64,000 nt of DNA. Origin: Balanoglossus misakiensis. Taxonomy: Eukaryota > Animalia > Hemichordata. The stretch spans positions 4,658-68,657 of the forward strand of contig JBECUI020000048.1 in NCBI GenBank assembly GCA_040954595.2. Reading direction: 5' to 3'. A program made the translations under genes and the position numbers. Shown piece after piece: positions 1-21,390 of the stretch (its first letter is position 1; every line of letters begins with the position of its first letter). The notes beneath the pieces were generated by a model that saw only the letters and a program-made list of their open reading frames with translations, searched no databases and was not told the origin of the DNA.

Positions 1-3000
1 GCCAACGTGGTGAAATTTTCCCCGTGAAAAGAAATGATAATAGGTGGACTTCTACTAGCAGTGGTGTGAACGCTCATCGTCCCAACATCAATCAACTGGA
101 GAACGAAATTAAAAGGATTAATTAGTATGATTAACCATATTGTCACGAGTTATTGAATCTTGAAAGCCCGCATGGAAAAGACCGTATAATTCATTAATAT
201 TATACAAGAAGACGCCGCCTATGCAGCTGAGTGAGTTTTCTAGTGCACTTGAGAAAACTAAACTAAATTCCAGAACCTTGAAATTCAAGGTCTAAAAGAG
301 TGTTTCTTTGTGATTTCGACTAGATACAGGTGAACATCAATAGTCAGTTACAGTCATGAGTAGATATCGTTTCCAGAGGGCGAGGCTACGTCGCGTGGGT
401 TGATGTCGTCCATTTTTGGACTATGGTTGAAAAGGGGATTAAAAGCCCGCCAGTTTTTAGCGGCTTCTCAGTGCACGTCGCGTCACACTTGTTTTGTCTG
501 ACCCCCGGATTTAAAGTGCGTTTGTCGGTCTTCGTTTCTGCCCGAGACCTGACCTGATATATCTGTCCGCTGTTGGTCTTCACATAAATGCAAGTGCGCC
601 TTTTGTCCGGCGGTGCTCGCTGTTGTCTGCACAACCTGACCAGCAGAAGTGCAATTTAGGTTAGCTTCCCCTTTAAAACTCCAGTGAAACTATTGGCTTT
701 CACCCTTGTTGACACTGAAGTCATAAATTTCCCAAACCTCTTTCTCGATTGCAAAAAGACAAAAATCCCGTGAGTTTGTTAAACGCATTGTTGGTAGTCC
801 TGTAATACCCTATCACGAAGCGATCAAAAATTAATGCACGGTGTTTTGAGACTTTGGTCCAACTTTTCGGCGGGAAGCCAGCAACCGATAATTTCTATAG
901 AGAACAGGTAACCGGACACCTGAGTACTCTTCCTTGACCTTTGACCCTGAACTGCACTAAAATATGATGAGTCCTTTCAAAGTTCATTCCAGGAGAGTGA
1001 TTATTGACATAGTGGGAAGGCAAGCATGTGGAAACTATGTGTATAACTCGAGGGTTATCGACGCCGTGTCAACAGGTAGGCTGTATATCATATGGTGATA
1101 GATGTATTCTTGTACGGCTGCTGAGCTTGTTGGAGTAAATCGGTGTGTGGCAAATAGCTCCACGGCGGTTGTCTGTTCGATGGGTGTCTTTGTATAGCGG
1201 GTCATAAAAATGTTTCTGGTTGAAGTTCGCTTTGCAGGTATTGTTTGCAGCGTCGCCTGTCCGCGCGCCTTGTCCCATTCACCTGTCTGTTTGCCTGTTT
1301 GTTTGTCTGTCTGTCACGGTACTACAGTTTAAGTGGTATTTATACTTGGAAGTCAGATTTTAAAAACACAGCGAGGTGAAATCCATGAATCGAATCTGAT
1401 CACTATTTCTTCATCAAATTAACTTTCTGAGCACATGGTCGTTTGACCCTAAAGTGTAAATCCCCAGAAAGTAAAATTCGGGTATCGCTGGTACCGTCAA
1501 ATAGTTGTATGAGCGAGTAAAAAAGGTTTCATCCAAACACAGCTAACCCGAATGCATTCTACTCATACTAAAACAAGAACAAGACAAAAACAGCGAATCC
1601 TGCTGCATCCGATGGCCGCCATTTTGAGCCAATTTATTTGACGTCGTTACTTCAGTTCCGAACAATGGACCAAAACGCGCAGAAGCGCAGAGTGGGGCTT
1701 CTATAAACCCAGCAATCAAACCACTCACCATCTTGACAAAAACCTGTCCTCACAGTTAACATACTTTACCATGGCAACGTTAATCCGGAGTTAATCCGAA
1801 GTAAACTCGTTTTCCTCTTGGCTTCCGTCGCCTTGCCAACCACCAAGAATTTCTGGCCGACCTCACAGTGAACGCAGACGACGGTTTCGACACGAAGCGG
1901 CCCGGTGGAAATTCTAAACCTTTTCGGCACGGTCCCAAATCTTCATGACAGGTGACATGGTATAATTTCGTTAGTGCACGTATGCATGTCACGATCACGT
2001 TGAGACAACAACTGCAACCATTAGCAAAATCCAACATTCTAACTACTGTATTCTTGGTTCAATCACAGACTCCTGCCGTAATAACTGTAGCTAAATATCG
2101 CAAGTTCAACTTTCGGTGTTCTGACGTGTGATAGGTGAGGACGAATATTTAATTGTCAAAACGACAAGAATTCTTTTCTTGAGGTTTGGTCTAGTTAATC
2201 GTCCAGTCATTCGTCAGATTCTGCGTACAACGGAATTGGCCGCGCCAACTTGCAAATATTGGCGATTTTGACACTCTTGAAAACAACCCAAGGGCTTGTC
2301 TTGCTTTGTTTTGTTTTGGTTTTATTTTTCCACCAAGATGAAGGTATGTCCATAAATCATGCGTACCTGCACACTTTTTAGTGAATAGTGCATTCAATTT
2401 GTGTTCCACCAGCCATAGTTTAAATCGGCCCGCCCCCCAAAGAGGTCGCGACGCGACAGGTACTGTTCAGCCGAAACTTGTGCATAATGCCTCATTATTT
2501 TTCCGTGTGGCCAACGCTGCTGTCTAAAAACACGGCGCGTGAAGCAATAACCACTGCGTACGTGCAAAGCTAGGAATTTCCTTCTCTCAACTTGAAAAGA
2601 GATGAGAAATTCTATCGTTTTTGCGGGGTATCGTAACTTTTACCGTTTTCCTTTAGAGGAGACACAACCTCGGGCGCGGTCCCATGCCAACAGAACAGGT
2701 GCACTACATTTATTTTATTCTTTTGTCAGAAGCGTGGGTCTTAAAGATTTAAGCCAGATCATAAAAACGAGTCTTTGCCTCATCACAGTCAATGGCTAAG
2801 AGCAGTCGCCACAATAAAAATCATGTTTGTCCGGGTTTAACCTTCAGGCACATGCCAAATATGGTTAGGTCGACATACATGCGTGTCTCTAATACTTTCT
2901 AAACTAGTAGCTGTCTGGAGAGACAAACTCCCTCCCTCCCTCCCCTCACCGTAACCGAGAAGAGATTACCCATGTCAGAATTTTTTTTAATACAACGACA

Positions 3001-3514
3001 TGATTAACTTTAATGTTCCAAAACGAAAGCTGATATGATAACATATGGTATAATAAAATACGTTAACAGAAATATGAAAACGTCACAATAACTTTTAAAG
3101 GCAGGATGAAAATAATCCTAATTTCCGATATTAAAACTCGTACTAGCGAATTTAGGATAAAATATGACGAGGACAGCGTGATCTAAATTCGTAGCTAAAC
3201 GGTAGACGTTTCTAATTTTTGAAAAGAAAATATAAAACCCTGCCACCTTTCAAAAGTTGTTTTTTTTAAATACACCAATGAAATTAATTGGCAGTTTTCA
3301 ATACGTGGTTTTGATATTGCCTATCAACACGGAGACATGTTCCCCGCTTGTTTGTTGTTCCATAGACCATAGAGCTCCATGGTCTATGATTGTTCATTGC
3401 ACTGGAAAACTATGAAAGTCTGTAACAGTCTTTGCATGTCTGTCTGTATGTCTGTCCGCCATTGATGTCGCAAAAGGGACTGGTGTCGCAAAGTCGACAG
3501 ACATTGTCCAGAAA

Positions 3515-11640
<8,126 letters not shown>

Positions 11641-14319
11641 GGTCGGTGGGACGTCCGTTGACGGCGACGGGTGTGAACACTGCAGCGGGAGAGAACGGGG
11701 GAGAAAAAAAATGGTAGGGTCTTGCGTGATGAGCGGAGGAAGAGCCCGGAGACGCGGGGGTCCGGGCGCTGTAAATGTTGATTGGGCGAGTGTGCGCGTT
11801 AACTGTGTGTATGTGCGCCGACAGCGTGTGTATATGTACTTTGTAGGTACGGCTGAGTGGACAGGTAACGGCATGAGACACTGTTATGTGGCTTGAAAAG
11901 GTGACTTCACGGCCCGCTGAATAATTTGCATGGAATGTCATATGGACCAACGGGGTTGTAAAACAACAGAGAAAAGGGGAGGGGAAAAAAAGCAGTAGGC
12001 AGTCGACTTTCGGCAGGTGGGTTGAGGGAGTAGACTGTTAGCTAGAACCGGTACTGTTGGCGTCGAGTCTCGAAAGTGTTAGCGCATTTTGCTGTTGAAT
12101 TTTCTGATAATTTAACCAGGGAAGTTTAATTGTGTTAATTGTGTAAAATGTGTTAGGCTAACCTATCCTGCGAATACAAATGTACATACAAATGTACTGA
12201 CAGGTCTGTTTTTATGGTTATATCTTGCTGGTAGAGTAGGTAAATGTATGGAGGGATATATGCATGTATGTATGGACGGATAGATGAGGCAAACGTAACA
12301 GACAGGCAGATACGTGCATCATGTACTTCTACGGTTTCTTTAGCTTGAAGCAATGCACGCTGGGTACATCTCCACAAACCACCTGATTCGTGTTGATTAA
12401 CACCTCGCTTGACGTCACATCATATCTGCTTGCGCCACGCTGCGACGTGACGTGTCGTTTTGCATAAACCAAGACAATGTATGAACCACGACAAAACATG
12501 CCAGCTGGGAATGTCGGCTGCCACCAGCGGTCTGTGGATAAACCCCCTGTTTTAGAACCACAGTGTACTGTTATAGAGAGTGTACGCTGTCCCTTGTCCC
12601 GATTTTTGTTGTTGGAAACAATATGAGAAAAATCGGCCATATACATAAAATGATTTTCACCCACCAATGGATATGTGTGTGTCAGCGTGGTTTACGTATT
12701 GGGCGTTAATATATCAGCGGTCGCTCGCATATTCAACCATAACATGATGATTCAGCTAAATCTCCAATAATACTCACCAACAGAAACTGTCGCCGTGTTG
12801 AATGGTAGAGAAGACGAAAAGATTACCTGTTACAACCCCACTCCAAGACTCCAGAAAATGTCACTGTATCACAACCGATGTCTGTGTGAAAGTGAAATAA
12901 GGTCAGCGGGCCTTGACAATGGCTTTTACGGTAAGTGCAAAGTACTAGTATAGTGAGACCCGCATCCGGATAACGAAAAACACAATGCGTGTTATGTCAT
13001 AACTCGCATTGTTTTATGTAAAATGTGTTAAATCGACTGGTTGACGCAAAACGTGTCCTTCCATAGCCTGCATGTTACGCCCACACGCTCTCTCTCGCTC
13101 TCTCTCTCTCTCTCTAAAACCCCATGGCATACGAAGGCAGCAATATCAAGCAGCTCTCTCGGATAATCAAGGATTATGATGATCAGTTTATCGCCCTAAT
13201 CCGCGTATAATCCACTTAGAATCAAGTATAAACACTCACATGAATTGTTTTTGCGCGTCGTTTGTTAGTTTTGCGCATCTCCCTTTATATAAGCTGTTTT
13301 CCCCAATGATTACCAAAGAGTTGACGATTTCAAGGTGACTATACAATTTGCATGTTTGTGAATGCGAAAGTATTGTATAAGAGTGACTTTGTAGCGTCAT
13401 TTAACTGACATGTTTATCACATACCTGTGAGCTAACAACACATCCGGAAGACCGGAAACTGAAATAATTAAACCCCCGTGGAACAATGCAAATGATTTTG
13501 CCCTTCACGCAGGGAAAATGAAGGGTTTCTTTTTTGTGTAAAAAAGCCGAACGATGAACCGAGCAGCGAGTTGGGAAACAGTTATTCGCTGCTCGGCGAT
13601 TCACAGCTTGGACTGGGGAATGTCACCCATAAATTTGACAGGTCACAAAGTGTCGTGCAGGCCATCCGATGATGTACGATAATTGATGTCGACGTGGAGG
13701 AGTTTAACGGTAATAACGGAACATAACAATGGTCGCAGAAAACTGTTAAATGGCCACTTACGCGGTCGTCCTGAGTTGTTGCCAATCGCTTTAATGGCCG
13801 AACAATTGCAACGCGGCGCGTAAATGACCACCGCTGATTCTCCAGTTGAAAAAAGACGAACACAGACAGATAAACCTGCTTTCAGCGCTTCCCTATTCAT
13901 GCTCTTTGTCAGCGACTTTCGGGTCAAAAAGTCACAATATAACGGGACCATACTTTATCGGAAGGTGCGGTTGCCCCGGCTATGTCTTTTATTCCACTCG
14001 GGATAGTGTTACTCCCGGCGTGGACGGCGTCTCAATAAACGTTGAATAGCGCTCCCCTTTAATGGTGTTACAGGACACGTCGCTACATTATTCCCACAGT
14101 GCAAGGAGATAGCCCCCCGTAAAATGATAAATGTTTCCAACCCTGGGAAGTTTTTATAGAACCGTGAGTTATAGCAACTGATGAGCGTAAATAGGTAATC
14201 AAAGCGCACATCTTAATTATCGCAAGACGCTCGAGGACAACGTGACAATGTGTCAATTTTCAGGTTAAGCGCCCTTGTCGACCGAACTGGTAGGAACGTT
14301 TGATTTTGTTGATCACTTA

Positions 14320-14495
14320 GATAGCCAGCCAGCCAACTAGTCAGTCAGTCACTCATTCACTCATATAGCCAGCCAGCCAACCAGTCAGTCAGTCACTCAT
14401 TCACTCAGATAGCCAGCCAGCAAACCAGTCAGTAAGTCAGTCAGTCAACCAGTCAGTCAGTCAGTCAGTCATAGCCAACCAGCCACACCAACCAA
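14320..14495. repeat. Compound (AGCC)n/(AGTC)n tetranucleotide minisatellite
   Basis: Seen directly, with a ~44-bp duplicated block. Confidence 0.85.
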
Positions 14496-16199
14496 CTGGT
14501 GACATAGTGACATCACGAGATGTTCAGCCCTCAGTGGTACACATGCGAATACTGTTTTTTTTTAAAGATTGACTCTTGGCGGCGTTATAACATTCTCTTG
14601 GTTACTGTGACGAAAACTGTACGGGATGCCGATTAAATCCGATGACTGGCCGATTGGCCCCGAAGTTCATTCAAGTAAAGACTGGTTCTGTGACGAAACA
14701 ACGTAGATCGCTTGTTTCCAGTTTATCACCTCGTTTGTCGCCATTTTTATATCACGTGTGACTGTTTCATTTCTGTTCTCACGCGCCGAAGCGCTATCAG
14801 TCGCGATAAAAGTCCGGTTTGGTTTCTGAGACGCGCCGACGGTCAATATTTATGTGACAAGTTCACGAAGTTTAAGAGCGCGGCGCGTGTATCAAGTTCT
14901 GGACCCGAATTAAACACTGACTTGTGTGAGTAACCCGTCCGTACAGCAAAGAGCGAACTTGTCGAAGAAACTGTACTAACTCAAAACTAATATAAAAAAA
15001 AAAATCTGAATAAAATATCAAAAGTAAAGTATATAGTGTTTGCCACACAGCGACAGACTAAACAAAATTAGCGCTACTTGATATAAGGCAGGTATAATGA
15101 AAAAAAAAAGATTTATCATTTCGGGGAAAAGTCCATTGTTTAATGATGTAATTTGGGATAAACATACTACATTTGATTGAAAAAAATGTCTGGTCCTTCA
15201 TTTATAAAAATGTTTCAGTGTCTCCGCTCTCCATAATAATTTCAGTTTTTATTTTATTTGACCTTCATATGAGATCTGTGGTGTCTCAGTATTCTGTGTC
15301 ACGGGACGGGGAAATTGTTAAAAGTTTACGAGTAGTTTGCATTAATGAATTTTTATCGTTGTATTTTCTTTCTGATTTTATTGGCCCCATTATATTTCTG
15401 GCACGACGGTTAGCGGTGATAAAGCCAGGCTTCATTTCATCTTTTATGTCCGAGATCGCTACGCGTGGGGCTGTGACGTCATCAAGGTTTACACCAGGCG
15501 ACTTGATGGCTTGGTCCACGCGGTACTTTGCTTAATTTCAAAGCGACGCCGGGTTGAATAGTTGGATACCAGACGAGTGTCAAACATTGATAATAGTCTA
15601 AGAGTACAACGCTCTATTTCTCAGAATTGGCAAATTTATATTCCCGCATATAAAGTAGGGTGGTTTGTCTGTCTGTGACTGCTTCTAAGTCTGATTCAAT
15701 CTCCGTTCTGTCTGTCTGTCTCTGTCTGTCTGTCACTCTCTCTCTCTAACTTCCAGGAACCGGCACGCTTTAAAGCCTGTTCGTCAAGTCTACTGGTCTC
15801 CGTGTGTGGCTGTCAACGCCTTCACACATACAGTGGCTATACTTTTCAAACTTACCAGAACATGTGGAGATTAATGAGAGCCTGACAAGATGTTTATTTG
15901 ACCATGGCCGTGTTCAATGCAGTGAACCCTTCAGTACATTCACCCCACAACATACTTGAGATGGCTTTGAGTTTCTGTCTAATTTACTCAACCAACAGAA
16001 CAATTCGATCTGTTGTTAACGTGGCCAAGTTTGTTCAACCGAATTCCTACAGTCAGCCCAATTATCCTTGCGTGATATTTGGTCTGACATTCTCAATTTC
16101 TGCTGTTAATGACTTCGCGCGGCTGGACATTCACATCGGTTTGACATCATTATGGACGAGGCGTTCTATACTAAGCTTACAGGCGTGGGCAGAAAATAC

Positions 16200-16295
16200 G
16201 AGAGTGAGAGAGAGACAGAGACAGAGAGATAGATAGAGACTCAGAGACAGGCAGAGAGAGATGGAGAGATGGAGAGAGAGACAGAGAGAGAGAGA
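16200..16295. repeat. GA-rich simple repeat
   Basis: Seen directly. Confidence 0.85.
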
Positions 16296-17932
16296 ATACA
16301 GAGTCTGAAACATAGATTTCACATAGGGTCGAAAAAGTAGACAAAATTTCCTACATTCCCATCGATTCACATGACACGTCTCAGACCTCAGATATAGACA
16401 ATGTAACTTCAGTGACCTCAGTTTGACCTACTTAAGAAGTCAGAACATCATTGGCGCTATTGTATTTTAATGTACGATAATAAAATTGCATAAACGAAAA
16501 CATTTTATTCGATGACCCGAGATCCTATAAAGCGATCAGTTCGGCTAAATACCACCATAAAGAATGGCCACCCATGCTTTGCATTCTAAGTTGACACTTC
16601 GTATAAACTGCAGTGTTTGTTAATTATTTCCTCTACCATTCACAGCAACGTACACAATAATCTCAGCAATACATACATGCATGCATACACATAGTATGTT
16701 GCATGACTTTGTAGGCATAGCAACAGAACACTGGCGCCTGTGCGAGAATTAGCAAGATCTGTAAACCATATGCTCCTTCTGAGGGATATTCACCCTGTTT
16801 AGACGGGGGCGTTTTAACAGCCGACACATGATGAGACGCAAACTTGCGTCACATGGGCTGTCCAGCATGTTCCACCCTGGCGCTGGAAAGCCCAGATTCT
16901 GTCGTCGCTTTCTTTGTAGGCCGCACAGCAAACCGCAATTCGGAAGCAGCTGGGCAGACGAACTGCACTGGCGGGCACGCACTGTCACGTGAGAGCCAGC
17001 TCAACACGTGTCAGTCAATAAACACGCCATCTCAGATTTTATCGTCTGCTGACAGGTTTATTTTGCAATAAAGAAAGTGAAGCGAATCCCCGAGGTCTCT
17101 ATCCCACTTATCAACACAGTCTTTTCCTTCGAGAAAGTCCCTTTATTTTTCGTTTGTTTCTCAGCAACAAAATAATATGCTCAGCTGTGATCATGTATAA
17201 CTAGACATTTCTTTACTTTTAATGGCGGGAACAAAAGTAGGCAGAAATCTACTTCCAGCACCATTGCATTCTGGGTTAAAATCAATCTTAATTCCCCGGA
17301 TGTGGTATTGTCGGCCGGTCGATTTATCAGCAACGACGTGGGGGACCTGTCCATCATTCTCCTATTCCCTCGCAAACACAATTTATCGTTTTTCAGAGAT
17401 TATCTGGTTGCATTGTTGAGTCAAGTTGAAGCACATAAAAGCTTCGTAATCAGACATAAAATTCGTCAGATGTGAAAATTTCACATTCCACGCCTAGCAG
17501 TAAGGCGTTAACTTCGAAAATCTCATTTTAGTAACTGCATAAATTGTATTTGACAAGTTAAACGAGGCCCATATCAGAAAGAGAGGCTTTAATGATTTAT
17601 TTCAGGTACATTATTCATAGAATATTGGCGCCAAATCGTTCAACTTTCTATGTCGGTCATCACGCGATCCATTCCAGTCGCAAGAAATCAATTTTTGCTT
17701 GATGAATTTATCGTTATGACGTCAAAAGATTCAACTGTAAAATAACGTTGAATAGTTGATATTGTCGTCCACAAGATTTCGTCACGTATCGGAAGCGTTG
17801 GTTCGCGAGAATGATTTTCAATATGCCATTTTCCGATTCCCGAGAGACCCCGAGAGGTCTCGGATGGCTAGGCAGCCCCGGAAGACTCTCTCATGTGAAA
17901 CGGAACAAACAACACATGGCCCACCGTGTTAA

Positions 17933-18118
17933 AGGTATACAGTCACCTATGGAAAATTACCTATAGTTACCATGGTAAACTGAGATCTAGCCAATCACAG
18001 ATTTTCAGTGGGTGGCACACGCGAAAAAAAGAGCGCCGCCATATGTTCTTTTAGAACGCTCAAATACGCCATTTCAGCCATATATGGGCGTATGTACGTT
18101 GAAGGTGACTGTATACCT
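17933..18118. mobile_element. Non-autonomous DNA transposon (MITE), Kolobok-like, 186 bp
   Basis: Perfect 16-bp TIRs AGGTATACAGTCACCT / AGGTGACTGTATACCT, flanked by TTAA at 17929-17932 and 18119-18122. A TTAA TSD with 5'-RR termini is the Kolobok signature. Confidence 0.8.
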
Positions 18119-19202
18119 TTAAACTGAACAAATATCACAACATTTATTAAACTGCATGGACCTATGCTAGTTTCGTAAAAAAACCTGACTTGTATTACTT
18201 GGCCAGCACACCGTTGCTACGGTAATAAACCAAGTCTCGCGAGATCTCGCAATGGGCGAACAATTGTCTATTGGCCGACGAACTCTGTCGGATTTCAAGT
18301 TTACACAGACGTACTTGACACGACAATAAATTTTATCTCAATGGCGCTCGTTATCACAAAGACTAAGTGGTTGCATTATTGAACGAGATAAATTCATAAA
18401 CATCAGTTCTAAATAACGGAAACTGAAAAAATAACAGTGCCGAAAAAATCGTCGGTAGAAGCCAAATTGTAGTGTTATGCGGATGTCGTAAACTTGAACT
18501 TATTGATCAGTATGGCGTGAAAGGTCTTTTAGGGGGCGATACCCTCATTGTTTTGTTAAATGGTTATTTTTGTAACATCCTGGAAGTCATTCACACTTTT
18601 CTGTTTACCCGCAAAAACTAAATTGACCAAATCAACGGAATCTTACCCGAGTTTATTTGTAGGAACAATATACAGATCAGCTGATGATGACGCAGTATCA
18701 TCGAGAAAGTAACTCCGGCATCGAGTTTTAGGGTTGTATGTACAAACAATACAACATATGACTTGCAAGAAATGGTTAGTTTACCAGTTGTTTTTCCAAC
18801 TAAATGTAGGTGTTGCCGAAATTGTCGTCGCGGCTGTTGACGTCACCGCCCGGAAAACGGTGGACCGACGAAAATGATTTAGCAGACATAATAAACAACG
18901 TGATGACAGACACGCATGGATGCGAGAAATGGATTCCTTTACTTGGAAGATTTTGCTAACACTGTATACCGTCTTATCGAGGATCTAGATTAGTCTCACT
19001 GGCCTACTCAAAAAAGTATTAGTTCTCGGGGGACGAATTAAACCACTTAACTGCCAGACGTTCGACCGCGCCATTTTATTTGAGGAAACATCCCAGGGGA
19101 AAATCTCGCATAAACCACTGAGTTTTCTCACACTCCGCCCATATTACTTGGCAGACAGATATTCAATCACGGCGTACATTAACTGTATATCAAATTAAAC
19201 TG

Positions 19203-19548
19203 AAATTCTGAGAAAATTCGGTAAAATTCGAAAATTTCTGTTTGGTGAGTTGAGCGACATTGGCTATTCAAGCGTGCTTTGAGATACCACAGGAATATCA
19301 AGATAAGATCATCTCGAAATCATGTTTTGAATTTAGCGCTACCACACGGAGTTCGAAGATAATCTATAATGCAAGAAATTCTGAGAATATTTAGCAAATT
19401 CGACAATTTCTGTTTGGCGCCCCGAGCGCCAGCGTCTACTCAAGCGTATTTTGAGATATCGCAGAACATCAAGATACCATGTCTCCAAATCATGTGTTGA
19501 AATCAGCGCTACCCCACGGAGATCTAAGATAATCTACAATGCAAGAAA
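19203..19548 (+). repeat. Two diverged tandem copies of a ~172-bp unit
   Basis: GAAATTCTGAGAA...AGCGCTACC.CACGGAG...AAGATAATCTA.AATGCAA recurs at ~19203 and ~19375. Confidence 0.8.
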
Positions 19549-20082
19549 GTTAAACAAATAATGATCGATATAGATGCCTTATCATAATACAAATACCATC
19601 CCATGAGAAAATTTCAACAGCCCTGGTCACGTGATGTCAATGCCCGTTAGTGGAGTCGGCTTCTTGTGCGCGGTAGTATATCGCTTTTGTATTTAACAGT
19701 TTTGTTGATAACAAGAGAATATTTCAGCAGACTGAAATTAAACAGATAAGTTTGAGGCGGGATATAATTCTTTAAGATACAGTGACAGCGTTGTCTTTTT
19801 CGAGTCTTAAATTTGCATGTTGCTTTTTGCCGACCAATCAGAATGCACCGATCCGCCTCGGTAGTTCGAAAATACGTCAGATGGCTACACTACAAGCAGT
19901 TGTAGAATTTACTTTTGATTTTGAAGAGATCCAGTCGGAAAGTTTGGCAGACAGGAAAACAAACGAATGGGTCGTACGATAGGCAGCATGTGGCCGTATA
20001 CGTGGAACGACCCTTACCTTTGACGCTAGAGACCTGGTCTAGTATTTCTCCTTTTTTGGAGATTGGACAGGTGGTCAAATAA

Positions 20083-20113
20083 ATGATGATGATGATGATA
20101 ATGATGATGATGG

Positions 20114-20165
<52 letters not shown>

Positions 20166-20199
20166 GGTGGTGGTGGTAAAGGTGAAGGTGATGATGATG

Positions 20200-20230
<31 letters not shown>

Positions 20231-20246
20231 GATAGATAGATAGATA
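20083..20246. repeat. Compound microsatellite (GAT)n-(GGT)n-(GATA)n
   Basis: Seen directly. Confidence 0.92.
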
Positions 20247-21039
20247 GTGTGTGCCTTATAGCCTATCGTCAACTTTTCTTGCGTGAAAGTGTTTAAACAC
20301 TGCCAAGTAGCGCCCTCGTGTCTTAAACTTCGATTTGGTTTCGTGCAGTACGTTTGTTTCACTATGGACAGCTGGATGTGTTGGTCTACATGTGATTTTT
20401 GTCGTTTCGCGCGGAGAGGGGCAAATCTAGAGTTCAAGATTCCTATTTCAGCCACACACTACATGAGACACCCCCTCGATATGAAGAAAATTCTCCGCAT
20501 AGTTGACGTCAGCTGTTCCGCGTCTCCCTGGATGAGCATAGCGTATTGCCATGACAACCCTTCCGTCGACGGCGCGTTGCTATCTCTATCGAAAGTGTTA
20601 ATGTCGACACCCTGTCTAAACGGCAAACTATTTTAGATATCGTTTGGACTTTATCTCATGCTGCATATTCCTGTTACGTCCATAACACACACTTCTATGA
20701 GATAATAACACCATTTTATGTAGATAAGTAAACTACATCGTTTAATAACTAAATTTGTTATATTTTGATGATTTAATTAACGAATAAAACTAGACGGACG
20801 CATGTCACCTGATCTCACATGGTTGAAAATGAGTTCACTTGTATGCCACGAATAATCTGCAAGCGCAAAGAGGATAATCAGGTTTCAACCTCGAAATAAT
20901 TTTCCTTCAACGAATAGATAACCTCTAGTTTCAACCACTGACTTGCGCTGTCGCTATGAATTCAGTGCAAAAGTTCATCTACCCAGCCGAAGACAGTTTA
21001 CATGCAGGGGTAGTCTTTAACCGGGACAGTGAGCAGGCG

Positions 21040-21390
21040 ATTGGATAAAGTTTTACCTATGCACATAAACAAACTCCGGTCGCGGAGTTAAATTTACATA
21101 TATAAAAAATTATGGCCTGTGCGCCTCAGCGTATTTATGTTGCGAAATAACCGTTTAACGTCGTGTTTTCTTTTTCGATGGTAGGCCTGCGACGAAGCTC
21201 TCCAAGTTGTTGCGAAGAACAGAGTTATAACTGGGGTCACCACGAACAGGATTTGCACACGTATTCGGAAGGACTGTCTAGCCGTTTCTCTTTGCGTGCT
21301 TCTGTGCGGTTAATCGTACGTTGGGACTTTCCGAAGAAGAGCAAGTACACGGACAACGAATAGTTTCGACTCTGTGACAGTTTATCTAAG
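21040..21390 (+). promoter_or_regulatory. Candidate promoter and non-coding first exon of the SRCR gene
   Basis: Reverse CCAAT (ATTGG 21040-21044), TATAAAA 21101-21107, kB site GGGACTTTCC 21323-21332 and strong donor AAG|GTGAGG at 21390/21391. The ATG-containing exon has its own acceptor at 26480, so an upstream non-coding exon is expected. Confidence 0.45.

Noticed and set aside
20075-20455. Poly-Pro/Ser ORF
   Set aside because: Translation of the (GAT)n(GGT)n(GATA)n microsatellite
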